Shown piece by piece: positions 28,627-37,961 of a stretch of 64,000 bases of DNA. Made by a program: the position numbers and the translations under genes. The stretch is from the NCBI GenBank assembly GCA_913060815.1, contig CAJXSZ010000010.1, positions 34,033 through 98,032 on the forward strand. The letters are read 5' to 3'. Source of the stretch: an uncultured Sulfitobacter sp. Its GTDB lineage: Bacteria; Pseudomonadota; Alphaproteobacteria; Rhodobacterales; Rhodobacteraceae. Position 1 is the first letter of the stretch. Each line of letters opens with the position of its first letter. The notes under the pieces are model-generated. The model searched no databases. It was given only the letters and a program-made list of their open reading frames with translations, and was not told the origin of the DNA.

Positions 28627-28941
28627 ATAAAGCAGACCGTAGAGCGTTGCAGCGCCGCTCAGCACCGCCATCAGGACATTCTTTGTGACAAGCCCGACAG
28701 CAAGCGCAACTGCTGCTGCTGCCGCCCGCGGAATATCGAATACACCATCTGTCGCTGCAGGCCAGACGACCTGCGGCGCGACCAAAGCGGGTAGGATTGC
28801 GACCGCTGTGTAGCGCAGGTGTCGTAGCAACCAGTCGGGCATCGCGCGATCACCAACGAGCCCCGTAAATACGAAGCGCAGACAAAAGCTTCCCACGCCC
28901 AAAAGGATGATGACTGTCCAAAGGGCGCTTGTTTCGATCAT
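28615..28941 (-). CDS. azlD: AzlD family protein
   Basis: LRYTAVAILPALVAP motif; ATGA-coupled to azlC. Confidence 0.88.
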   Translation of the reverse strand: MIETSALWTVIILLGVGSFCLRFVFTGLVGDRAMPDWLLRHLRYTAVAILPALVAPQVVWPAATDGVFDIPRAAAAAVALAVGLVTKNVLMAVLSGAATLYGLLYLLG

Positions 28942-29654
28942 GCTTTACCCTCGCGGTGCGACATCCACAGTTCGGTCTGTGCGCCGGCCATCATGCCAGC
29001 GATACCCGCGATGATCAGGCCCAGCGAATAAGGAACGCCAGCGGCCAGCAGGGCAACGACCACCGCCACCAGTGCTGCCACAACATGCGCCGCCGTGCGA
29101 AACATCGGCGCGATCATTGCAAGAAATGTAATGGGGATCGCAAAATCCAGCGCCCAGCTGTCGGGCACTTGGGCCCCAATCAACGCACCAATCAACGTAA
29201 AGCCATACCACAGCGGGACGATTGGCGTAACAGCGCCCAGAAAATACCCCACACGTTCTGGTACGGTCATGGCAGGTTCGCGCTCGAACTTGGATACACC
29301 CACGACATAGCTTTGATCGACTGTCAGATACGCACACAGCGCGCGCTGCCAGAGGGGTGCGGCCCCGATGTAGGGGGTGAGGGAAGCGGAATACATCGCC
29401 ATTCGAAGGTTCACCGCCAGTGCGGAGATCAGCACAATCACTGTTGGCACGTTCTCTTGCATCAACTGCAAGGCTGTGAATTGCGCCGCCCCCGCAATCA
29501 CAACGATAGAAAACGCCATCGTCTCGAACACATTCAGTCCCGCCTCGGTGGCAAGAACGCCGAACAGCGTAGCGAACGGGATGATCACCAGAATAAAGGG
29601 GGCGGCATCAATGATCCCCTGACGGTATGCTGATTTGCGGGTGGTGGAAGTCAT
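28938..29654 (-). CDS. azlC: AzlC family branched-chain amino acid exporter
   Basis: AGAAQF, VNLRMAMYSASL and LDFAIPITF motifs. Confidence 0.92.
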   Translation of the reverse strand: MTSTTRKSAYRQGIIDAAPFILVIIPFATLFGVLATEAGLNVFETMAFSIVVIAGAAQFTALQLMQENVPTVIVLISALAVNLRMAMYSASLTPYIGAAPLWQRALCAYLTVDQSYVVGVSKFEREPAMTVPERVGYFLGAVTPIVPLWYGFTLIGALIGAQVPDSWALDFAIPITFLAMIAPMFRTAAHVVAALVAVVVALLAAGVPYSLGLIIAGIAGMMAGAQTELWMSHREGKA

Positions 29655-29708
29655 GTGAAGCCTTTAGTTTGTCTGGGAATGCGTAGCGTGTTGCTTTAGG
29701 GGGCGCAA

Positions 29709-30590
29709 TTGGCTGTAAGTGATGATCTGTCTGAATACCTCATTGCGCCCGATCCGCAGGCGCGACGGCTCACCCGTGCTGTAACAGGTGTCGACCATGA
29801 AGGGGTCGCCCAAGAGATAAATGTGGTCGAGGAGCGGCCTCTGACGATCTATCTCAATTCCCAAGAAATCGTGACGGCCATGACGATCGGCGACTACCCT
29901 GACTTCCTCGCGCTGGGCTTCCTGCGCAATCAGGGCATGTTGCAGGACGGTGATGAGATCACAGGCGTGGACTATGACGAAGACCTAGAGGTTGTCGTCG
30001 TGCGGACCGCACGCAAGACCGATTACGAGGAAAAGATGCGGCGCAAGACCCGCACCAGCGGTTGTGCCGTCGGGACCGTCTTTGGCGATATGATGGAGGG
30101 GCTGGAGGGCGTGACCCTGCCGCAAACCCAAGTGCGCACTTCATGGCTTTATGCGCTGTCGGCAAAAATCAACCGCACACCCAGCCTGTATTTGGAAGCG
30201 GGGGCCATCCATGGCACGGTCTTGTGCCAAGAGGCGCGCCCGCTTGTCTACATGGAGGATGTGGGTCGCCATAACGCGGTCGACAAAATCGCAGGCTGGA
30301 TGCTGGCGGAGAATGTCACTGCGGCTGACAAGATACTCTATACCACAGGCCGACTGACCTCGGAGATGGTGATCAAGACAGCGATGATGGGCATCCCTGT
30401 GCTGGCATCGCGCTCTGGCTTCACCGCTTGGGGGGTCGAGATCGCGCAACAGCTTGGTCTTACGCTCATCGGGCGCATGAAGGGGCGGCGGTTCATGTGT
30501 TTGTCGGGTGAGGAGCGCTTGCTGCGAGATGCCGATCCTGCCGCCATCTCGGATGAGCTTCGGCGCAGCGGCAGAAAGGGCGCGCCATGA
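29709..30590 (+). CDS. fdhD: Formate dehydrogenase accessory sulfurtransferase
   Basis: EERPLTIYLN, TSGCAVG, EDVGRHNAVDK and TGRLTSEMV motifs; TTG start. Confidence 0.95.
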   Translation: MAVSDDLSEYLIAPDPQARRLTRAVTGVDHEGVAQEINVVEERPLTIYLNSQEIVTAMTIGDYPDFLALGFLRNQGMLQDGDEITGVDYDEDLEVVVVRTARKTDYEEKMRRKTRTSGCAVGTVFGDMMEGLEGVTLPQTQVRTSWLYALSAKINRTPSLYLEAGAIHGTVLCQEARPLVYMEDVGRHNAVDKIAGWMLAENVTAADKILYTTGRLTSEMVIKTAMMGIPVLASRSGFTAWGVEIAQQLGLTLIGRMKGRRFMCLSGEERLLRDADPAAISDELRRSGRKGAP

Positions 30591-31138
30591 GTGAGGAGCG
30601 CTGGGAGCTGAATGTCGAGGCGACAGCAGCGGAAACTCTTGAAGCAATGACAAGCGCTGGGCGCGCCGCGCTTGGGGGCAAACAGCGCGCGCTGCTGATA
30701 TTCCATTCGGTCTTTGTTGGGTTTAACGCCCCCATCGGGGCGACGATGCTATTGTTCTTGCTGTTGGGCGCGTTTGGCGGAGGCGCCTATTCCGATGTGC
30801 CCGCGTATGTGATGCCCGTGGCCTATATCGTCTTTGCGCTGTTGACCTTGTGGCTGGCCCGTCAGGCTTATGTCATGGTGGCCCAAATGACTGCTGCGTC
30901 GCGGTTTGGCCGTCGCCAGCAGATCACGCTGGACGCCTCGGGTATCACATTGGTGACGGATCACAGTCGCTGGCACAGCGGCTGGGCGGATGTGGAGCTG
31001 GTGCGCGGGGCGAAGAATGTGCTGGTCGTTGGTATCTCGGGCATCGCTATCGCCATCCCGCGCCGCAAGTTTCTCCGGCCGATGGACGCAAATGATGCGC
31101 TTGAGACGATGCAGCGCTGGCAGGCGGCGGCGCGATGA
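30587..31138 (+). CDS. YcxB-like membrane protein, copy 1
   Basis: 2 TM then ITLDASGI...WADV...IAIPRRKF; ATGA overlaps at both ends. Confidence 0.75.
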   Translation: MSEERWELNVEATAAETLEAMTSAGRAALGGKQRALLIFHSVFVGFNAPIGATMLLFLLLGAFGGGAYSDVPAYVMPVAYIVFALLTLWLARQAYVMVAQMTAASRFGRRQQITLDASGITLVTDHSRWHSGWADVELVRGAKNVLVVGISGIAIAIPRRKFLRPMDANDALETMQRWQAAAR

Positions 31139-31662
31139 CACGCTATTCGCTCACCTATGAGCTGTCGCCAGAGATGCTGACACGCGCTATGATGTCATGG
31201 TCCAAACCCCTGCGCACAAGGGCGCAAAAATGGCGCCGTTTCGGTATGGGCTTTACGCTTTATATCGGGTTGGTGGCACTGGTTGTGGTCCTTTTGCAGT
31301 TCGAAATACTCAACGACGATATTCTTCTTGGCTTGGCGATCGGTTGCTTGGGGGGGCTGGCCATCTGGGCTGTTGTGTATCGCTATAGCACAGGTAAGCT
31401 GACGGCGATGGTCCATGCCGCGCAGGCACGCCACGGTTCTGTAGATACGGTGTTTTGCCCTGATTGGGTCGAGATTTCTTCTGCGATCAGCAAAACCCGC
31501 ATGCAGTGGCGGTGCTTTGACCACATCGGGCGGATCGAGGATGCGACCGTTCTGCGCGCGGGCGGAATAGTCTATGCAGTACCCGATGCTGCTCTGCCTG
31601 ATGGAGTGAGCGCCCAGACGTTTCAGACTGATTTGATTTCATGGATGGAGGCGGCGGCATGA
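31135..31662 (+). CDS. YcxB-like membrane protein, copy 2
   Basis: 2 TM then TRMQWRCFDHI...YAVPDAAL; ATGA overlaps. Confidence 0.75.
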   Translation: MTRYSLTYELSPEMLTRAMMSWSKPLRTRAQKWRRFGMGFTLYIGLVALVVVLLQFEILNDDILLGLAIGCLGGLAIWAVVYRYSTGKLTAMVHAAQARHGSVDTVFCPDWVEISSAISKTRMQWRCFDHIGRIEDATVLRAGGIVYAVPDAALPDGVSAQTFQTDLISWMEAAA

Positions 31663-32201
31663 AGGCCCCCTATGTGTTCCACTACAGCGCGGATGAAGCG
31701 ATGTTCGTTGCCGCAATGCGCGCAAAGGGTCCTGTGCTGCGCGCGCGCGGGGATCGGGCGGTCAAGTTCCTGCACCTGCTTCATTGCATATTGCTCGTTT
31801 GGGGCGGGGTCGCACTTGGCTACGGGGTCACTGATCTGCTGACAGGTACACCTACGCTGATGCACTGGAGCACGGCATTGGGTCTTGGCCTTGCCTACGT
31901 CGCTGTCTTCGGGAGCATTTTCATCACGCTGCCCGTCATGGCGCGCCGCACCCTTGCCGCACGGGCAAATCAGGGCGCGGTTGAAATGGTGGTCGATGCT
32001 TCTGGCGTTCAAACGAGGGGGATACACTACCGCTCCTCGCTGGACTGGTCGGGATTTGAGGGGGTCACGCGAAGCAAGCTTGGATTTGTTTTGTGGTTTG
32101 GCGGAAATCGCCCTTCGATCCCCCTTACCGCATTTGAAAGCCCGGCGCAGATCGACGCATTCGAGGCCGATGTACAAACATGGCTGGAGGCATCGCGATG
32201 A
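31659..32201 (+). CDS. YcxB-like membrane protein, copy 3
   Basis: 2 TM then VDASGV...SLDWSGF...IPLTAF; start ATG 31659. Confidence 0.75.
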   Translation: MKAPYVFHYSADEAMFVAAMRAKGPVLRARGDRAVKFLHLLHCILLVWGGVALGYGVTDLLTGTPTLMHWSTALGLGLAYVAVFGSIFITLPVMARRTLAARANQGAVEMVVDASGVQTRGIHYRSSLDWSGFEGVTRSKLGFVLWFGGNRPSIPLTAFESPAQIDAFEADVQTWLEASR

Positions 32202-32800
32202 AGCAACCTTTTGGCGTCATCCTCGCAGGGGGGCAGGCCACGCGCATGGGCGGCGGCGACAAGGGGCTGCTTTTCTTGGGTGGGCAATCATTGCTTGCGC
32301 GGGTGCAGGACCGACTGGCGCCGCAGGTGGCGCAGGTTGCACTCAATGCCAATGGTGATGAGGCGCGGTTCGAGGGGACGGGTCTTCCTGTGATCGCCGA
32401 TAGTGTCGAGGGATTTGCGGGTCCGCTTGCGGGTGTGCTGGCAGGGCTGGACTGGGCGGCATCGCAGGGGGCTGAAACCATTGTGACGGCCGCGGCAGAC
32501 ACGCCGTTTTTTCCCTGTGATTTGGTGCCGCAACTCTTGCTGGCGTCCGAAGGGATGACCCATCCGCTCGTCCTTGCGGCGACGCCCGATGCCAAACGGG
32601 GCCGTGCGCGGCATCCGACTTTCGGGCTCTGGCCCGTTGCTTTGCGTGATGATCTGCGCGCAGCACTGGAGGGCGGGTTGCGCAAGGTCGTTCTGTGGAC
32701 AGATGGCCACGGCGGGCGCGAAGCCTTGTTCCCCCAAGAAGAGGCATTCTTTAACGTGAACACGCCCGAAGATCTGGAACACGCGGAGACGATGCTGTGA
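32198..32800 (+). CDS. mobA: Molybdenum cofactor guanylyltransferase
   Basis: ILAGGQATRMGGGDK, GPLAGVLAG, DTPFFP and FFNVNTPEDL motifs. Confidence 0.95.
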   Translation: MKQPFGVILAGGQATRMGGGDKGLLFLGGQSLLARVQDRLAPQVAQVALNANGDEARFEGTGLPVIADSVEGFAGPLAGVLAGLDWAASQGAETIVTAAADTPFFPCDLVPQLLLASEGMTHPLVLAATPDAKRGRARHPTFGLWPVALRDDLRAALEGGLRKVVLWTDGHGGREALFPQEEAFFNVNTPEDLEHAETML

Positions 32801-33288
32801 ATCGCTACGGAGTTGTCGGGTGGAAGAACGCAGGTAAAACAGGCCTGATGGAGCGGTTGGTCACCGAGATCACGGGCCGCGGGTTTTCCGTGTCGACGGT
32901 CAAGCACGCACACCACAGCTTTGACGTCGACCACCAAGGCAAGGATAGCTATCGCCACCGCGAAGCAGGTGCCTCTCAGGTCCTCTTGGCCTCTCGCAAC
33001 CGCATCGCGCTGATGCACGAGTTGCGCGATGCGCCCGAGCCATCGTTGGAAGAATTGCTAGCCCAACTTGCTCCAGTCGATCTGGTGCTCATTGAGGGCT
33101 ACAAGCGCGATAGCCATCCCAAGGTCGAGGCGCACCGCGCTGTCACACAAAACCCGCTGATCGCGCCGGATGATCCGACAATTCGCGCCATCGCGAGTGA
33201 TACGCCTCTGTCGCTGGACCGTCCTGTTTTTGACCTTGATGACACTGTCAGCATTGCCGATTTCATCCTCAACGAGGTCGGCCTGTGA
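32797..33288 (+). CDS. mobB: Molybdopterin-guanine dinucleotide biosynthesis protein B
   Basis: GWKNAGKT P-loop, VKHAHH, GKDSYRHR and IEGYK motifs. Confidence 0.95.
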   Translation: MNRYGVVGWKNAGKTGLMERLVTEITGRGFSVSTVKHAHHSFDVDHQGKDSYRHREAGASQVLLASRNRIALMHELRDAPEPSLEELLAQLAPVDLVLIEGYKRDSHPKVEAHRAVTQNPLIAPDDPTIRAIASDTPLSLDRPVFDLDDTVSIADFILNEVGL

Positions 33289-35399
33289 AGCCGTTCGATA
33301 CGATCCTTGTAGCGGATTGGTCTGCGGGCAAGCGCGCAGGGCCTACGCCGCGCAAGGATGCGATCTGGCTGGGGGTGACGCGGGACGGCATTGATGAGGA
33401 GCCTCTTTATTGCCGCTCACGCCAAGAGGCAGAGCAAGAGATCGTAAAGCTCATCTCGCAAGAGAAGGCGGCTGGGCGGCGGCTCTTGTGTACGTTTGAT
33501 TTCCCCTTTGGCTATCCCGCAGGATTTGCGCGAGCCGTGACAGGGTCGGATGACCCTTTTGCGCTGTGGGACTGGTTCGAGGCGCGGATAACCGACGCAT
33601 CCGACGGAACAAACAACCGCTATGACATTGCCGAGACGCTCAACAGGTTGTTTGCAGGAACAGGGCCGTTCTGGGGCAAGCCGCACAAGGACAAATGGCC
33701 CGATGTCCCTTATCGCAAGGCGGGAATTGTCTATGATCAGGTCGCGGAAAAGCGCGCCTGTGATCTTGTCTCCAAGGCATCCTCATCCTGTTTCCAATTG
33801 GCTTTCCCCCCCACCGTGGGCGGGCAGGTGATGATGGGCTTGCCCACGCTCAACCGCTTGCGCCGTCTCTCTGGTGTCGCCGTTTGGCCGTTTGAGCCCC
33901 ATGACGAAGCGCCTGTCGTTCTGGCGGAAATCTGGCCCGGAGTAATCGAGGATGCAGTAAAGAATGCGCTGTCAGTGCAGGGCGCTGACGCTATTCGGGA
34001 CCGTGTGCAGGTCAAACTGCTGGCGGCTGCCCTTGCGCGCATTCCTTTGGCAAAATTAGCCGCGCATATGGCCGAGGTGCCTGAAGCTGCACGCGAGGAA
34101 GCATGGATTTTGGGGGCAGGCCTCTCACCCGAGCTCAACGCTGCCGCATCAGGCGGCGCACCTCCCTTGCGCAATGATTGCTTTGCCCTGCCACAGGGTG
34201 TGCACTGGACCCCTGTGGATGAGGCGCTTGCTTTGTTGCGACGCAGGCTCACGACTGTAGCAGGGACCGAGGCTGTCACTTTGGCGCAAAGCGCAGGTCG
34301 GGTTGCAGCTCAGGATATCTATGCCGCCCGTGCCAATCCGCCGCTGCCGAATACTGCCGTAGACGGATACGGGTTTGCAGGTGCGCGCGCGGAGGGGCTG
34401 CATCGTTTGCCCTTGGTGGAAGGACGTGCCGCTGCGGGGGACGCGCCCGTGGAAGTGCCTGAGGGCCACGCCATACGTGTGCTGACGGGGGCTGCTTTGC
34501 CACAAGGGGTGGACACGGTGATCCTGCAAGAAGACATCGCGCAGGACGCGGGGCACATCACCTTCCACGGCCCGCTCAAACAGGGGGCCAACACGCGGCG
34601 CGCTGGCGAAGATGTTGCTGCGGGTGATGTGATCGTGCAAGCAGGCCGCGTAGTCACGCCTGCTGATCTGGCGCTTTTGTCTGCCACAGGGATTGCCGAA
34701 ATCATGGTGCGCAAACGCCTGCGTGTCGGCGTCTTGTCCACGGGGGACGAGCTGGTCGAGGCAGGCGAAAATGCCAAGGCAGGTCAGATTTACGACGCGA
34801 ACCGACCTATGTTGCTGGCGCTGCTGGCACAGCTTGGCCATGAGGCAGTTGATCTGGGGCGCGCGCCCGATGACCGTGCTACCTTGCGCAAGCTGCTTGA
34901 TGAGGCTGCAACCCGCGTTGACGCCATTCTGACCAGTGGCGGTGCCTCTGCGGGTGATGAAGACCATGTTTCTGCCCTGCTGAAGAAAACGAACGCGATG
35001 TCGCTGTGGCGGATTGCGATCAAACCGGGGCGGCCGCTCGCGCTTGGCCTTTGGTCGGGGGTTCCTGTGTTTGGATTGCCTGGCAATCCGGTTGCCGCGA
35101 TGGTCTGCACGCTGGTATTTGCGCGCCCCGCGCTGGCGCAGCTTGCAGGTGCGCAATGGCACATGCCACAGGGCTTTCTGGTGCCCGCCGCGTTCGAGAA
35201 GCGCAAGAAAGCAGGCCGACGCGAATATCTGCGCGCGCGGATGCTTGACGGTCAGGTCGAAGTGTTTGCGTCGGAGGGATCAGGCCGGATCAGCGGGCTA
35301 AGCTGGGCAGAGGGGCTTGTTGAACTGGATGAGGCGGCACAAGAAATTCGCAAAGGCGATCTTGTGCACTACCTTCCGTACGGTTCATTCGGACTTTAG
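33285..35399 (+). CDS. moeA: Fusion: N-terminal DUF429-like domain plus molybdopterin molybdotransferase MoeA
   Basis: C-terminal ~410 aa has NTAVDGYG, LSTGDEL, SGGASAGDEDH, IKPGRPL and GLPGNPV. N-terminal ~290 aa has ADWS, FDFPFGYP and AEIWP. One continuous ORF. Confidence 0.9.
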   Translation: MKPFDTILVADWSAGKRAGPTPRKDAIWLGVTRDGIDEEPLYCRSRQEAEQEIVKLISQEKAAGRRLLCTFDFPFGYPAGFARAVTGSDDPFALWDWFEARITDASDGTNNRYDIAETLNRLFAGTGPFWGKPHKDKWPDVPYRKAGIVYDQVAEKRACDLVSKASSSCFQLAFPPTVGGQVMMGLPTLNRLRRLSGVAVWPFEPHDEAPVVLAEIWPGVIEDAVKNALSVQGADAIRDRVQVKLLAAALARIPLAKLAAHMAEVPEAAREEAWILGAGLSPELNAAASGGAPPLRNDCFALPQGVHWTPVDEALALLRRRLTTVAGTEAVTLAQSAGRVAAQDIYAARANPPLPNTAVDGYGFAGARAEGLHRLPLVEGRAAAGDAPVEVPEGHAIRVLTGAALPQGVDTVILQEDIAQDAGHITFHGPLKQGANTRRAGEDVAAGDVIVQAGRVVTPADLALLSATGIAEIMVRKRLRVGVLSTGDELVEAGENAKAGQIYDANRPMLLALLAQLGHEAVDLGRAPDDRATLRKLLDEAATRVDAILTSGGASAGDEDHVSALLKKTNAMSLWRIAIKPGRPLALGLWSGVPVFGLPGNPVAAMVCTLVFARPALAQLAGAQWHMPQGFLVPAAFEKRKKAGRREYLRARMLDGQVEVFASEGSGRISGLSWAEGLVELDEAAQEIRKGDLVHYLPYGSFGL

Positions 35400-35409
35400 G
35401 AGCATCGAT

Positions 35410-35895
35410 ATGTTGAAGAGCTTTGCTGTGGTAATGTGGAGTGCAGGGATCGCTCAGGCCGCTGATTGCACGGGCGCCTCCTTGCGGTTCGTCGAGAGCG
35501 CCCCGCGGGATCGTTTCGAACTGGTTGTCGGCGCAGATGCGCTGCAAGCCGTGAGCGTTGATTTGCGGGGCTCCCGAGGGCGCCTCATCTTTGACACGGC
35601 AAGTGGCGGAACAGGCGTTGAAGTGTTTCAACCTCTGCGCGACGAGGGCGGCGTAACTGCGGGTGACGTGGCCGATGGTGCCGAAATGCTGCGCGTTGTT
35701 TTGAAGGACGGCCAAGTAGGCGCGCGTGCGGCGTTCTCTATCGATGTGGATGACCGTCTCACGGGGTCAGACCTTGGGCAGATCCGCGTGACGGGCGGCG
35801 AAATGGCTGGAGCAACCGCGGTGTTTGAGCTGGAAAATGGTCAATCCGTGCAGGCGGTTTTTGACAAGCAAAATCGCGCGCAGGTTTGCTCCTGA
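35410..35895 (+). CDS. Secreted hypothetical protein
   Basis: Signal peptide; LIFD..GVEVFQP and FSIDVDD motifs. Resembles, from memory, proteins labelled aggregation factor core MAFp3. Confidence 0.7.
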   Translation: MLKSFAVVMWSAGIAQAADCTGASLRFVESAPRDRFELVVGADALQAVSVDLRGSRGRLIFDTASGGTGVEVFQPLRDEGGVTAGDVADGAEMLRVVLKDGQVGARAAFSIDVDDRLTGSDLGQIRVTGGEMAGATAVFELENGQSVQAVFDKQNRAQVCS

Positions 35896-35901
35896 GAACG
35901 G

Positions 35902-36984
35902 TTAGTCGAACGTCCCTGCGACACGCCCTAACAACATAAACGCACGCGAGGTGCGGGTATCAGCCATCGCCGAGATCTCCTCGTCGCTGGCGACCTTTTC
36001 AAAATCGGCAAACAGCTTGTCAAAGCGGCGCAGGAAGTGATGTGCTGCATCGCGGAAAATCGGGTCTTGTTTCATACGCCCAGCGGTGAGCGCGAGCGAA
36101 GAGCGGTCGCGAATGCCACCCAGCGCAGCCACCGCACGTCCGCGTTCGCCTTGGCCAAACGAACGCCAGACATCGGTGCGGGCGCGGTCAGGGTTCAGAT
36201 CATCCATGTAAATGCCATCCTGACTTAGCAGGGTCAGGATGTCTTGGGCGGCCTGTATAAGCTGGGCGGCATTTCGGTCCTTCATGGCGCGGCGCAGCGC
36301 GGCAAAGCCTACTTCATCTTCTGCCGTTTCAGGGAAATTCAAGGCGCGGATCAGATCATCATGGGCCAGCGGCGGGGCCATATCTGCGCTTTGCGTCCCG
36401 AGCGCAAGCGCGGGCTGTTCCTCGGATAAAGCCTTCTGGGTAACGGGTGCCGCAGGGCGCGAGGGCTCTTCACGGCGGGTCGAGAAGGTGGCCAGCGCGG
36501 TTTCAGTTTTGCGCGTGGCGGCGGCGATCTCATCCAGTTTGCGGCTAACGGAGGGTCCGGACGTGACACCACCGCTTTGCTGTTGAGCGATATAGGCGTG
36601 GCGGATCGCATCAATCGCCGCTTGGAGTCGTTTGCTCTCCTCACGCATGACGCGGCTGGCGCGCGCCGCCGTGGCCGCGACCCATATCATCGCAACAGGC
36701 ATGAACACCGCCAACATGGTCATCAAAAAGCGCAAGCCACCCTGTCCCTCAACGGCGGGGGGCTGGGTCACAAATACGAAAAAGATGAAGCACCCGATCA
36801 GCCAGAGAGCTGACAGGGCGATGGCCGTGATCTCGATCCCCGTGATGCCATCTGCGCGCGCTTTGTCATAAATCCCCAAAGGCGTCGGGCGCGAGGCTTG
36901 CGACACTTTTTGCGTTTTACGCAAAGCACCTGTTGCTGGAGGCGCTTCTTGGGAAGATGACGGTTGTGCGTCAGACATTACCAT
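35902..36984 (-). CDS. Conserved hypothetical membrane protein (2 TM, coiled coil, C-terminal helical domain)
   Basis: 360-aa ORF ending DPIFRDAAHHFLRRFDKLF...RAFMLLGRVAGTFD. Confidence 0.85.
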   Translation of the reverse strand: MVMSDAQPSSSQEAPPATGALRKTQKVSQASRPTPLGIYDKARADGITGIEITAIALSALWLIGCFIFFVFVTQPPAVEGQGGLRFLMTMLAVFMPVAMIWVAATAARASRVMREESKRLQAAIDAIRHAYIAQQQSGGVTSGPSVSRKLDEIAAATRKTETALATFSTRREEPSRPAAPVTQKALSEEQPALALGTQSADMAPPLAHDDLIRALNFPETAEDEVGFAALRRAMKDRNAAQLIQAAQDILTLLSQDGIYMDDLNPDRARTDVWRSFGQGERGRAVAALGGIRDRSSLALTAGRMKQDPIFRDAAHHFLRRFDKLFADFEKVASDEEISAMADTRTSRAFMLLGRVAGTFD

Positions 36985-37016
36985 TGCTCCGAATGGGCGC
37001 AGATTCGAGTGTATAC

Positions 37017-37487
37017 TCAGGCATAGACGATCTGTAGAACTTCATATGACCTTACTCCGCCAGGCGTGCGGACTTCGACACTGTCGCCTTCATCCTTGCC
37101 GATCAAGGCGCGCGCGATCGGGGATTTGATGTTGAGCAGACCTTTCTCGATGTTGGCCTCGTATTCACCAACAATCTGATAGGTTTTCTCTTCATCTGTG
37201 TCCTCATCGACCAAAGTGACTTTTGCGCCAAACTTGATCGTGCCCGACAGCTTTGCAGGGTCAATGACCTCGGCCAGCGAAATCGCACCTTCCAATTCCT
37301 TTACGCGCCCCTCGATGAAGGACTGCTTTTCCTTGGCGCTATGGTATTCGGCATTCTCTGACAAATCACCATGCTCGCGCGCTTCGGCGATTGCCGTAAT
37401 GATGGCAGGGCGCTCGACAGTCTTGAGGTGCTTAAGCTCGGTCTCAAGGGCGGCGAAGCCGGCGCGGGTCATCGGGATTTTTTCCAT
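37017..37487 (-). CDS. greA: Transcription elongation factor GreA
   Basis: [20 protein letters not shown] and [10 protein letters not shown] motifs. Confidence 0.97.
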   Translation of the reverse strand: MEKIPMTRAGFAALETELKHLKTVERPAIITAIAEAREHGDLSENAEYHSAKEKQSFIEGRVKELEGAISLAEVIDPAKLSGTIKFGAKVTLVDEDTDEEKTYQIVGEYEANIEKGLLNIKSPIARALIGKDEGDSVEVRTPGGVRSYEVLQIVYA

Positions 37488-37566
37488 AGCGTCAGGGTCC
37501 GTACTACTAAAGCGCGCCCCGACAGGATCGGAGCGCGTGTTGGTGTTGGCCATTACCTGAACCAAA

Positions 37567-37875
37567 TTAGACGTCAGATGCAAGCGGATAAGGGCAAAGC
37601 ACAAGCGCAGTCTTGCCGAGACAAAGCGGCTCAGTCGTACTGCACGATCTCGCGTTCGATCTGATCGTGATCGCGAAAGGAGAACCGTCTGCCATGCTCA
37701 TAGATGTGATTGCTGTTGTTGCCTCAGCCTTGAGGCGTGCAAGCTCAATAGCCCCGATGACGGCGCCGCCCGCAAATGGCAGGGGGAGCGCTTTCTGGTA
37801 GAAGACGACCCTGAACAAGCGGTGCGATAGCGTCCTAGGCCGAAACTTTAAGCGAAAACGCCAATCTGCGACCAT
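37567..37875 (-). CDS. Hypothetical protein (102 aa)
   Basis: Fills the greA/ETF-QO gap in greA orientation; no recognisable motif. Confidence 0.4.
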   Translation of the reverse strand: MVADWRFRLKFRPRTLSHRLFRVVFYQKALPLPFAGGAVIGAIELARLKAEATTAITSMSMADGSPFAITIRSNARSCSTTEPLCLGKTALVLCPYPLASDV

Positions 37876-37961
37876 TTTAACGCCCCGTCGTGATTGCAAT
37901 GATCACGCCCAGTCGCTACCTCATTAAAAATTGTTTTTTCAAGAGACAGGGAGCGCCCGTT

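Noticed and set aside
37613-37801. 62-aa plus-strand ORF between greA and ETF-QO
   Set aside because: Overlaps the longer minus-strand ORF 37567-37875, has a GTG start and no clear RBS.
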